Below are positions 53,515 through 64,000 of a stretch of DNA of 64,000 bases, in pieces. A program made the translations under genes and the position numbers. Position 1 is the stretch's first letter; every line of letters starts with the position of its first letter. The notes beneath the pieces are model-generated. The model was not told where the DNA came from, did no database searches, and was given only the letters and a program-made list of their open reading frames with translations. Location: NCBI RefSeq assembly GCF_036321535.1, contig NC_087436.1, positions 25,980,001 to 26,044,000 of the forward strand, given 5' to 3'. This DNA is from Camelus dromedarius (taxonomy: Eukaryota).

Positions 53515-54450
53515 TGTGTGGGATACCAGAATATGTAAAGAAGTTCCACAACTTCATATCAAAGCACAAACAATCCAATTAAAAAAAATGTGCAAAGACC
53601 TGTATAGACTTTTTTCCAAAGAAGATTTAAACATAGCCAAAGAGCACTTAGAAAGATGTTCATTGTCACTAAACTATAGGGAAATGCAAATCAAAACCAC
53701 AATGAGATACCACTTCACACCCATTAGGATGGCTATCACAATCAAAAGAAAAACAACAAACAAAAAGACAGAAAATAACAAATGTTGGCAAGTATGTGGA
53801 GAAATTGGAGCCCTTGTGCATTGCTAGTGGGGATGTAAAGTGGTGCAGCCATTGTAGAAAACAGTATGGAAGTTCCACAAAATATTAATATAGAATTACC
53901 ATATGAGTCATTAATTCCACTTCTGGGTATATACCCCAAGTAATTGAAATCACAGACTTAAACACATATTCTACAGTAACATCTGTAGTGGCATTATTCC
54001 CAATAGCCACTGGTAGGAACATCCCAAATGTTCATTGACAGATAAACAAAATGTGGTATGTTCATACACTGGACTATTATTCAGACTTGTAAAGGAATGA
54101 AATTCTAATATATACTACAACATGGATGAACTTTAAAGATATTATGCTAAGTGAGATAAAACTAAACACAAAAAGACAAGTATTGTATGGTTCCACTTAC
54201 ATGAGGTACCTAAAATTGTCAAGTTCATAGAGACAGAAAATTGAATAGCAGTTAGCAGAGGCTGGGTAGAAGGAATAAATAGCATGTTATTATTTAATGA
54301 TTTTAATTTCAACTTGGAATGATGAAAAATCTTCTGAGGTGTATGGATGATGGTGACACAGCAATGTAAATGTACTCAATGTTACTGAACTATACACTTA
54401 ATAATAGCTTAAATGGTAAACTTTATGGATATTTTATCATGATAAAAACA
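53515..54450 (+). mobile_element. L1MB-like 3' region
   Basis: ORF fragment [20 protein letters not shown]; 3' UTR ccacttacatgaggtacctaaaattgtcaagttcatagagacag. Confidence 0.9.
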
Positions 54451-54494
54451 ATTGAAAAAGTTTGTATGGGGTTAGAAATTGAGGTTGAGGAGAT

Positions 54495-55500
54495 ATTTTA
54501 TTTTATTCTTTTTTATAGTTTAAAACATTTTACAACAGTCCTAAATTTATAGAAAATTTGTACAGATACACTCCTATACTATGCAGGCAATTTACTCCAT
54601 TGGTAATAGCTTATTTTGGTATGATACATTTGTCCAATTTAATGAAGCAATATTGAACATATTGATTATAATCCATACTTTATTTTTCTTTGCACTTTTT
54701 CTGTTCCAGGATACCATTCAGGTTACATATCACATTTAGTCATCATGTCTTCTTATCTCTAGATCGTGACAGTTCTTAAGATTTTCTAGATTTTAAGATT
54801 TCCTAGATCATGACAGTTCTTAAGATTTTCCTTGTTTTTGAGGACTTTAAAAAGTTCCTTAAAAAAAATCTCCATTGGGTGATCATTCAGTTGTCTCCTG
54901 TGTTCCTTGATATGTTATTATTATTTAGTTTTATTATTTTAAAAAAATACTTCCTTACTTTCTGGCAGTTCAGGATGCTCCAGTCCATCTTGTATATTCT
55001 CTGTTTCAGCCACAGAATCAGCCATTTCTCTAAGGAGTCCTAGTATCTTTTACTGGGAAAGATATTAGAAACCAATAGCTGGACACAGTCAGGCTTTCTA
55101 GACTCTTTCAGCAAAAAGCTTGGAAATATATGTATGTATACTAATCCATGTAAAATTCCCACTGTAATTAATAATTCTTGCTATATATGTCCATCTATGT
55201 CTATATTAACCTAAACATAAACTTATACTTAACTAGTGACTCCAACTGTAATCCAGTATTATGTGATTCATTCTACACCACCTACCTTGCTTATCGCAAC
55301 CTCCCTCTTCAACAGTGAGAGATATGGTTCCTTTCCTCTGCTACTTATTTGTTCAATCCTGGTATATATGTATAGTAGTTTGAGACATATTAATATCTAT
55401 CCCCTTGAGGAATAAACTTTTCTAAATTATGTACAATGTTTATGTACAGTTCCTTTCTCTTTAGTTTTATAGATTCCACTCTATTCTAAAATCACTTAGG
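54495..55500 (-). mobile_element. L1MC-like 3' region
   Basis: ttctgttccaggataccattcaggttacatatcacatttagtcatcatgtct; agaatcagccatttctctaaggagtcctag. Confidence 0.75.
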
Positions 55501-56899
55501 TCATTATCTCCCCCACCACCCTTGAGGGGTTGTTTTGCAAGTTGGTCTAGGAAGTTCTTTATAATGAGGTGACTTTTGATGAACAAATACCTGAATTGAG
55601 GGAGGGAAGAAGCCGCATAGAAATTTAGGAATATAGCATTGCAGACACAGAGAACCACAGGTGGAAAGGAACGTAAAAAAGGAATTTAAATCACAATGGC
55701 ATTGAGTTGGGAGATGCCTTGGAGGCTTGAAAATAAGTAGGCAATATTTATTGTCATAACATTGGGTGCACTCTAGAGAACAAGGCAAATATAGCTGTTA
55801 GTAGAATCTTGGCATAACACAATCATTTTATAAAATCATGGGCTTATGAGTTATGTGTGGCCTGGTTAAAAATTTAGAACATTTTGAAACATAATATGTT
55901 GGTTAAAAAGTAAAGATGTCTCTATCAGTCTAGAGGTTTATTCCCTTTATTTAGCTTGATTGAGAAGAGTAACTACCATAACAGTTTCTTGTGTATGCTT
56001 TTTGAAATGTAAAAAATTATATTGCTTTTGTAAATAAAAAATTCACGTACATTAAAGATTTTGTAACAAAACAGAGATTCCTGAGTTCCACACTGCTGAG
56101 TATCTGTTTGAGTATGTCTATGCTGGAGATTTTCTAATTTAGTTTCTTTACCAAAAAATTTCCTAATGTGGAAGAAGAACTATTATCTAGAGAAATGCAA
56201 TGGAGAACATGACCTATTCTAAATCCTTATTACACAATTTTGACTAATCTTTGTTTCGGTATCTAGATTTTCCTCCATTTGTCCCTTTCAGTGCCTTCAA
56301 CTTCTGGGCCTTTCTCTAGTTTTGCTCTATGAATTGCCATGCTTCTCATTCTCTTCCCCCTCTTTGTCTATTGGTATTTGCTTTTCTCTATTCCTTTTTG
56401 TCTTTATTCATTTCATCTCAAAATATGTTGAAATGCGATCTATTGAAGTTTTGTTCAGTGTTTTTATTTATTCTAAAATTATCCCATAAATAAAATACAC
56501 ATTTATTTTGTACAGTTCTGATTGTACATGCACATAGCTAGTAAATTTCAGATTAATGAGTTTATCAAAATTGCTTAGTAAAATTAGATTACTGGTTATT
56601 CATTTTATCAAGTTGTATTATATTAAAATAATTCAGAATCCTAAAGAGGAGTTTATGATATTTAGCAAATGATTTTTATAAAAGGTCTCCTTATGATATG
56701 AGTTTTAAAAATAAAGATATTAAATACATTTTTCCTTTTCCAGTTTGCCTATTCTTTCAGGTTTCTCATTTATAAAAATAATGTTATTGTCCATAAACAA
56801 GCACTGCACTGCTCATTCTTTATGTGTTTCTTCTTTCCTAATCAAGGACCCTCTCCATTTTCCCCACTCATTGATTAAATACTATCTTTCAAATTCCTC

Positions 56900-57730
56900 C
56901 CACAATACTACTCTCTCTCTTTAAGCAGGCAATGTGTCTTTTGCTTTAAAGCACCAAGACAGGTTTTCAAGTCATCAGATCTTTTAAAATCCTGCTACTA
57001 ATACCCTATATTATATCCTCATTGTCTATTTCCTCAACTATAATAAGAGATTTCTATCTGGTTTTCTGCTGCTAATTCTTCTCTTTAATTCATTCTCTGT
57101 ATTTCCACAAGAATTACTTCCTCCAAAATATTCTTAAGTAGTTTCTCTTCTGAAAAACCTCTCTTGGTTTGTTCATAACCACAGAATAAAACCAAGCAGT
57201 GTAATATGGATGCTTTTCCAGCCTTGTTGTCACCTGCCCCTCTGACCTCTTCCACTGCTCCATCTCCCCATTCCCTTCATTCCCTTGTTACTACAGTAAG
57301 TCCTACTTTGGGACATGTATTTATTTAACATCAAATGGGTAAGCTTTTATTACTATAAAATTAACTTTACTTCTGACAGTACAAGTATTGAACCGATACT
57401 GAAACTGAAACAACACCGGGTTGTTATTCTCTTGGTAGACTCAGTAGGATTAGTCAATGAATTAAATAATGATGACAAGGAGAAGAAAAAGTCAAACAAT
57501 ACTCTGATGTTTGAGCCTGAGTGATTGGGAAGACAGTGTTGCCGGTAGCAAAATTTAGGGAATATGAAGGGAGGCAGGTTTAGGGAAAGCTAATATGTTC
57601 AGTTCGGAAATATGTTGAAGTGCTTATGGGGACACTCTAGTGGAGACAGCAAAACACCATTGAAAGTGTGACGATAAAGATTTGAGAAGGGGTTAGGCTT
57701 AGATGTGTGCTTTGAAAACTTTACGTTAGG
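56900..57730. mobile_element. L2 fragments (plus ~56900-57300, minus ~57480-57730)
   Basis: gagcctgagtgattgggaagacagtgttgcc...gttcagttcggaaatatgttgaagtgcttatgggacactctagtggaga. Confidence 0.55.
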
Positions 57731-58668
57731 GTGACTGTATCGCAGAACCATTTAATTTACCAAATATTATATGTTAAATTACTGAATATTATATTTATTA
57801 CATCTTTATTTTATACAAAGAAAAATGTTTCACTGTGGCATAATTATGCAGGTCAGAAATTTCAGAAAAGACATGGAATTGTAATGATTCATTTGTTACA
57901 TATCTATATAGTTTTTCTTAAACCAACATCCTGTGCTAAAATTATAACAAATGCACCTATTCAAAAACAAAATAAAGCACTAAATTATTATTATTTAAAT
58001 CCAGAGAAAGAATAATACACAATGTAGTAGATTCTTTCTGATATTCAAATACCATTTGGTGGTATGCAGTATTGTGTCTCTTAGTTGTCATAGCAACTGC
58101 ATCTCAAATTTACAGCATCAAGTCTTCATTTTCTATAAATTTTCAAGTGACAAGAGTGTATAAAATAGCAAGCTATATACTAGCTTTATTTTTAATTTTG
58201 ATGTAGCAGATGTAAATACATCTCATATAATATAAAATATAGACCAATTAAAGGGATAACTACTTTCAATGGTGATAATTTAGAATTGGTCTAATAGGCT
58301 ATTTGTTTTTGATAAGTACACCAATTTTTAACAACAAAGATTTGAAAAAATGCATATTAGCTGCCAGAAAGTCATTTTTGTTCTCTACTGCTATGGTCCT
58401 CTGTATAAAAGAATAATTTTGTACTGAAATAATGGAAAATGGCTTATGTGACTATTTTGTTTATGAGGTCAAAAATATGGTGATTTTCCAACCCCAATTA
58501 GTTCTTATTTTTAACTCATAGAACATCAAGTGTATTCTGGCATGTAAATAAGGATGCAGACTTCTTTAATGGTAAATGTAGGTCTAAAGAGTAGAGGTCT
58601 GAGGAAAAGGATTTAAAGGTTTCAAAAGTCAGTCAAAGGACCTGTTTACTATGTAGGTAGAAACATAC

Positions 58669-58784
58669 CTTCTTGCTTGGGGCATCCATACGGAAGTTGA
58701 AAAAATACATAATAGAGATAATTTCTGAGATAATTCTTTGTTTAATGCACCCATGTGGATGTTGTTTCTGGTGAACTCTTTTAC
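58669..58784 (-). pseudogene. Exon-like remnant (116 nt)
   Basis: gctttcag|GTAAAAG...AAGAAG|gtatgt. Open frame (G)KRVHQKQHPHGCIKQRIISEIISIMYFFNFRMDAPSKK, phase 1 in and phase 0 out. Confidence 0.5.
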
Positions 58785-59629
58785 CTGAAAGCTTCAATAA
58801 TTCTATTCAATTATTTGCCTTGTTACAGACTCCTGAAAAGAAAACCACACCGTAGAACTTGGTATAATTAAAAAACCAATAGGGGCTAAAAGAATATTTT
58901 ATTACTGATGATTATTTTATGCAGAAACACTAATAATTTATATATACACAGTTAGAATATAAAAATTTACACATCAAAATTGACCTTCTCTAAAATAAAT
59001 TTCTATGAATATTTCAAGCCAATGCTGGGCAAAATGTAGCAGCATTGATTTTGTCCTTGGTAAGGAAATAGATTATGCACACAGTAAGTGACAATGTGCA
59101 GCCTTATGTAGATGGAGATAGCCCCATCTTCTATTCGTGAGTGCACGCAGCTAAGGAATTAACCATTTGGGCTGAAATGATTGGTTTTGTTGCTCTTCTG
59201 ATTTTGCTGAACTCACTATTTTAAAAAATCTGAATCAATAAGCTATTCAGGCAATTGTGCAAATATGGCTTTTTATTCTTAAGTCGATTTGACATGTGGT
59301 GGATTTTAGCATGAATCTAATCAGAGGAGAGGCCCATTTCCAAGCAGTGAGCTTCAGGCTAAGATTTCTTTTGCAAGTAAACCCAGAAATCCGTGTATTA
59401 AAAAGTGACTCTATGTTAACAAGGGGAAAAATCATGTTGTTGAAAGGTACCCCCAAAGTCAAGGTGTTTAAAATAAAATTTATTTAAATTATCCAACTAC
59501 TAGCCATCCAATTTTTAAATTCTGGGCTTAAAGCTTTGTAATTTCTGTCTTTTTAAAAAAATACTCTGTCTTAAAGCCACTTGTGCTTTAATGATGACTT
59601 AAAATGTTTGGGTTGTTCTCTTATACAAT

Positions 59630-59840
59630 GGAAAGAAATGGAGGTTTGGATCAGACTATTCAAATGTGATTCCACCTCTTTGTAGTTGTGTGATTTTAGG
59701 CAATAAAAAATTACACTAAGCTATCTTTATCTAAAAATCAGAATAATTATTCTAACTCAGGAAGCTATTATAGGGGAAAAGAATAAAATGAAATAGTAAG
59801 CCACCTGCCACCTAACATGTAAGAGGCATTCGATAATTAT
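59630..59840 (+). mobile_element. MIR SINE
   Basis: ggatcagactattcaaatgtgattccacctctttgtagttgtgtgattttaggcaa...ctaacatgtaagaggcattcgataattatt. Confidence 0.7.
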
Positions 59841-61059
59841 TAATTCCCTCCCCGCTTCTCACTCTCTATCCTGGTCTTAAATGGTCATTTACCTGGAACT
59901 TTGCCTGTTATTAATGTATAGATTCTGCTGGACAACAAGAAACAAATCAGGCTTAAGGACGTGTTAAATAGAGAACTAAAATTTCTTAGAGCAACTGTTT
60001 TGAGTAGATTATAAATATCGCAAAAGTAACGCGTGTAATGGTAATTTTTGGAACATCTGCACAAACAAAATAACCATCTAAGTAAATAGAAGAGTAGAAA
60101 ATGTGATTTTTTTCTGAATATATTTGGCTCGAGCATCTACCCTTTGATTTATGTAATCTTATCATTATGCTGCAACTGCTTTCATTCTGAATTATTCATT
60201 CACTATAAGCTAGCAATAAAGGCAGTGTCTTTCTTCAGCTAAAAATTCTCTGACTTTAAGAAGGTTGTTTAAATGAACCATTTTTTTCCCTCCATTTTAT
60301 GGTCTGAATAGATGTTGGTTTTGGACAAACTGCATTTGTGGGAAATTTATCACATCTTTTAAGAAAAGCTACACATACACTAGTGGCATAGAATTGTCTT
60401 TGAGCCATGTCCTTGAATGGCCACTAATTTCTTTTCTTGGCTCCCTGCTTGTCTGGAGAGAGTGTTATTGAAAGGCTTGTAATGAAAATAACAGCAGAAA
60501 TATTGGCTTCTGCTGCTTAAGGTACTCCAGATGGTTACATGTTTCTGAAAATGTATGTGCTCATATGATTAGTTTTCTCAGCCTATGCTTTCAAATGTGA
60601 AATCAATGAATAATGAACTATTAGTGTAATATTTTGAGTCTTTATAACAATAGAGCCCATACTAGTATATGCAGCACACTGAAACTTAACAATTGTGTCT
60701 GTTTTTACATATTTTAAACCCAAATATTTATAGACTATACAATACATATTTTTTGTACAAGACTGCCACTGGCTGTACCACATTGAAATTATGTAATTTC
60801 TATCATTTAGTATGATTTACTCTCTTATGTTACTAGAAATCTAGGTTTACTCTTTAAACTACAACTCCTTGTCTGTTAAAAAACAATGTATACTAATTTG
60901 AGATTTTCTGTCAGTATTCTGTTTTTTGATCTTTCAACTATATTTTAAAGATAATCTTGTAATTTTTTATTAATAGTAATTGACATTGCATTTGGAACAA
61001 AACTATGCTTATCTATTGAATGAATTAATTGTATCAGTCTCTGAGACATAAATCAAATG

Positions 61060-61430
61060 CATATAAAATGGTGTAATGTATTTAATAAATTAAATGCTAC
61101 TTAAGACAGCATATGCGGAGCATCATGCCTAGTACCTGGCACATAGTAAATACTCAAGTAAATGCTCATAATTACTATTATTCTTATAAAGTTCCTACTC
61201 ATCCAAAACATGTTACAATAGCAAACTTACTTATTAATTATCTACTATATTCTAGACACTAGGTTATATGTTTTATTTTTAATCACAATCTGATTATAAC
61301 TCTGAAATAGAAATATTTATCTCTATTTTTAAAATAAGGAAACTATAGCTCAGAAAGTTGATGTAACTTGAGCAGGACCCACAGAAGCAGAATTCAGTAC
61401 TGATTTTATCTGACATCAAGCCTAACTTCT
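61060..61430. mobile_element. Two MIR fragments in opposite orientation
   Basis: agtacctggcacatagtaaatactcaagtaaatg (+); aaataaggaaactatagctcagaaagttgatgtaacttg (-). Confidence 0.65.
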
Positions 61431-61524
61431 TTCTGTTGACCAATTGATTTCACCATTAGCAGAATCTTAGACATATTGAATGAAATTTCTTTTTAAGATT
61501 TGAATGAGTATATTTAATTCATTC

Positions 61525-62036
61525 ATAGAATTTCAAAATTTAAAGGCACAAAACATCCATTTATTATGTTTACAGATTCTGTTGGTTAGGAATTCAGTCA
61601 GGGTACACTCCAATGGATTGGACACCAAAGTGTCTGGGGCTTTAGTCAGAGGACAAGAAGGCTTAGCTGAGGACTGAAATCAGCTGAAGGCTCATTCACT
61701 TACTTCTCTGGTAGAGGCTGGCTGTTGTTCAAGACCTACCTGTGGCCTCTCTAGGTAGTCTGGGCTTCTTTACAGTAAGTGGCTGAATTCCTGAGGTAAG
61801 CATGCCAAGAAAAAGGGAGAGCCAAATAGAGGCCATGTCCTTCTGCTGACATGGCCTCACAGGTTACAGAGGTTCACTTCCTCCACAGTCTATTGGTTGG
61901 AGCAGTTACAAGCACACCTTAGTTCAAGGGAAGAAGAAATGAACTGTACCTCTTGAAGGAAAGTGACAGTGTTCTGTAATAGCAATTGGGACTAGAAATA
62001 ATATTGGGGCAGATTTTGGAAAATGCCGTCTGCCAC
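61525..62036 (-). mobile_element. MLT1 (F/G/H-like) MaLR LTR
   Basis: atttattatgtttacagattctgttggttaggaattcagtcaggg...cctacctgtggcctctct...ttttggaaaatgccgtctgccaca. Confidence 0.8.
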
Positions 62037-62739
62037 ACTTTTATAAATAGTAATTATTCTAAATAAAGAAGTATGATATACATATAAACAATAAGTGAAA
62101 ATGCAATGGCCTAGTGCTAAAAATATATGAAGTTTTCTTGAATAAAATAAACATCCTAAAGCCTTTGCACAATAGTTAGATCAGTACTGTCCAGTCAAAT
62201 TTATATTCTACTTGTCTGATGGACATACATCTAATGAAAACATATTTCTAATGAAAAACCCTAATCCACTGTGTACAGTAAAAGAAGGTAAGCCCTAGTT
62301 TTGCTCTTAAATTGAGCTTTCCCAGAATGATTTTTATAAAAAGTTAATGTGGCAATAATTAAATGATTATAAGCTATTTAGGGAAGTCACTAAAAACTGA
62401 AAATACCTATTTGATCAAAACTAACATGATCTAAATTTGGGCTGCTGTTTCGCTCTTTTTTCCAAGTTTATACAGCAGAATGTGGAAAACCAATAATTTT
62501 AATCTTTAAATAGCAGGAAAATCCATGTAGGGAAATTTAAATTGAATCTCTAGTTTAGTCTTAACCCAGCAAGTGAATCTTCTGATTTAGAGGCTTCCAT
62601 TTCTTTGTGAATATTTCAGGATCTTTATGTAATTCACTAACACAAATCCACAAAAATTACCCTATCTGTGGATTTAGAAGGTGCAGACTTAAATGACATA
62701 ATGTGGCTAATTAAGCTACTAATTCCTATGATTTTTTAA

Positions 62740-63120
62740 GTTAATATGTCTGTTTGGATAAGTAACAGGCCAACTGAAAGTGAGTCAACAAATAAGTGTT
62801 CATTATCTCATTAACAAGCATGCTAGCAGCAGAGGGGTTCCTGGGCTGAATGAAAGAACTCTAGGTCTTAAAGACTGTAGCTCAGCTTCTCTGCTATTCC
62901 CTTGTCTTTTCTTCACAGTCCCCAAAGGGTGGTGGCCATTGCAGACATTGATGAAAACAAGTATCTAAAGCAAAAGAACAGCTATGTCCTTGTTTTGTGT
63001 ATCAACCTTTGTCGCCCTGGGCTGGGAAGGGATCAAGATTAGCATGACCACCCAAAATGTGAACAAAATATGGGTCCTGTTAGCAAAGAGGAAGCAGAAA
63101 GGCTATTGCATAGACTAGAT
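62740..63120 (-). mobile_element. MLT1K/L-like LTR
   Basis: aaaatatgggtcctgttagcaaagaggaagcagaaaggctattgcatagac. Confidence 0.55.
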
Positions 63121-63164
63121 CACTCAAGTTTTAAAGATCATATAGTCACCTTAAGATCTTATTA

Positions 63165-63240
63165 AACTGCATATTTTGATTTTCATATGCTCCCAGGTGA
63201 TATTAATGCTGCTAATTTGTGGACCACACTTAAAATAGGG
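63165..63240. mobile_element. MER5A-like fragment
   Basis: gctcccaggtgatattaatgctgctaatttgtggaccacactt. Confidence 0.65.
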
Positions 63241-63636
63241 CGCCAACTATGGAGTATAGCACTTCAGGTATTAATCCTATAATGATATTCCCTTTTTGTT
63301 TTATTAGTGATGTTTTCAAATGATGCAGAATGTTGTTGATATGGGGAAAAAAAGCCACAATAAAATACATAAATTGCTTTGTTAAGATAGACCTATAAAC
63401 CAAACAAAGATATTTTTCAATATGTATAATATCATTTTATAGTTAAATATCACTTGTGTTTATTATTCACACAGGCACATAAACTTACAGTTTACCAGTG
63501 AGCAATGGAATAGAATGCATAAGCAATAGCATAATATGTAAATGAAAAAATTCATGACCTTTTACTCATAAAAGATGTTTCAATAGTATGTATTAAGTAT
63601 AAGCAAGGCACAGTTAGAAGATTTTTTAATACTTAC

Positions 63637-63680
63637 CATGAATTTTGTAGAAATTATAGTATCTTTCATTCTTCCAGTTA
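63637..63680 (-). pseudogene. Exon-like remnant (44 nt)
   Basis: atatttttag|TAAC...CATG|gtaagt, a consensus donor. Frame NWKNERYYNFYKIH(G) is phase-compatible with the 58784 exon. Confidence 0.45.
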
Positions 63681-64000
63681 CTAAAAATATATTAAGCCCT
63701 TATGTTACCAACATTAAAAACTGACTTATTTCCTCAAAATTGGTTTTTGCTAAAGGATTATTCTCTTTTAAATTGCCTAATAATTTTGAATTATGACCCA
63801 GATAGTGTAACTCATGACTCAAAAAGCCAAGATTACTTTATAGAGAGGTACACATGTCTTGACTAAATTCTCCACCAGAAACCTGGCACCAACTCTGTCA
63901 ACTTCTAAATACATTATCCACCATATATCAGGAGGCAATTTTTTCAAAGGAAAATAATTTTAAATATTATATATTTAGCAACTGGTAAATTCTTATAACC

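Larger units (their letters stand above)
1..63680 (-). pseudogene. Putative large multi-exon decayed gene (unitary-type pseudogene), identity unknown; probably extends beyond both window ends
   Basis: Repeat-free minus-strand segments with AG...GT ends: 63680-63637, 58784-58669, 51472-51191, 50699-50459, 50121-49955, 49603-49300, 49229-48979, 48915-48867, 48758-48676, ~37206-36970, 36064-35731, 32266-31947, 23015-22854, 5643-5458 and 2593-1 (split by L1). Several adjacent pairs are phase-compatible and stop-poor by hand translation. Confidence 0.6.

Noticed and set aside
1..64000. CRISPR arrays, operons, rRNA or tRNA genes
   Set aside because: This is repeat-rich mammalian DNA; I saw no regularly spaced repeat-spacer array and no recognisable structural RNA gene.

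Overview
AT-rich mammalian genomic DNA. The young L1 3' ends look cetartiodactyl, most like camelid; this is an inference, supported by my not recognising any Bov-A, PRE-1 or CHR SINEs. I find no intact protein-coding gene. Much of the window is transposon-derived: L1 of several ages, L2, MIR, three ERV1-type solo LTRs with 4-bp TSDs, MLT1, MER54-like and MamGyp-like LTRs, and hAT DNA-transposon fragments. The main non-repeat signal is a series of about 15 AG/GT-bounded, coding-like segments on the minus strand, from 63680 down to position 1. Several neighbouring segments splice in compatible phase into long, stop-poor reading frames carrying scattered TGA/TAG/TAA stops and frameshifts. This reads as a large, decayed, multi-exon (unitary-type) pseudogene that I cannot name, with one exon split by a 5'-inverted L1. 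A small CpG-rich patch at about 11.5-11.7 kb carries a TCTCGCGAGA motif and may be an antisense promoter. Repeat family names come from recalled consensus similarity, not from database searches.
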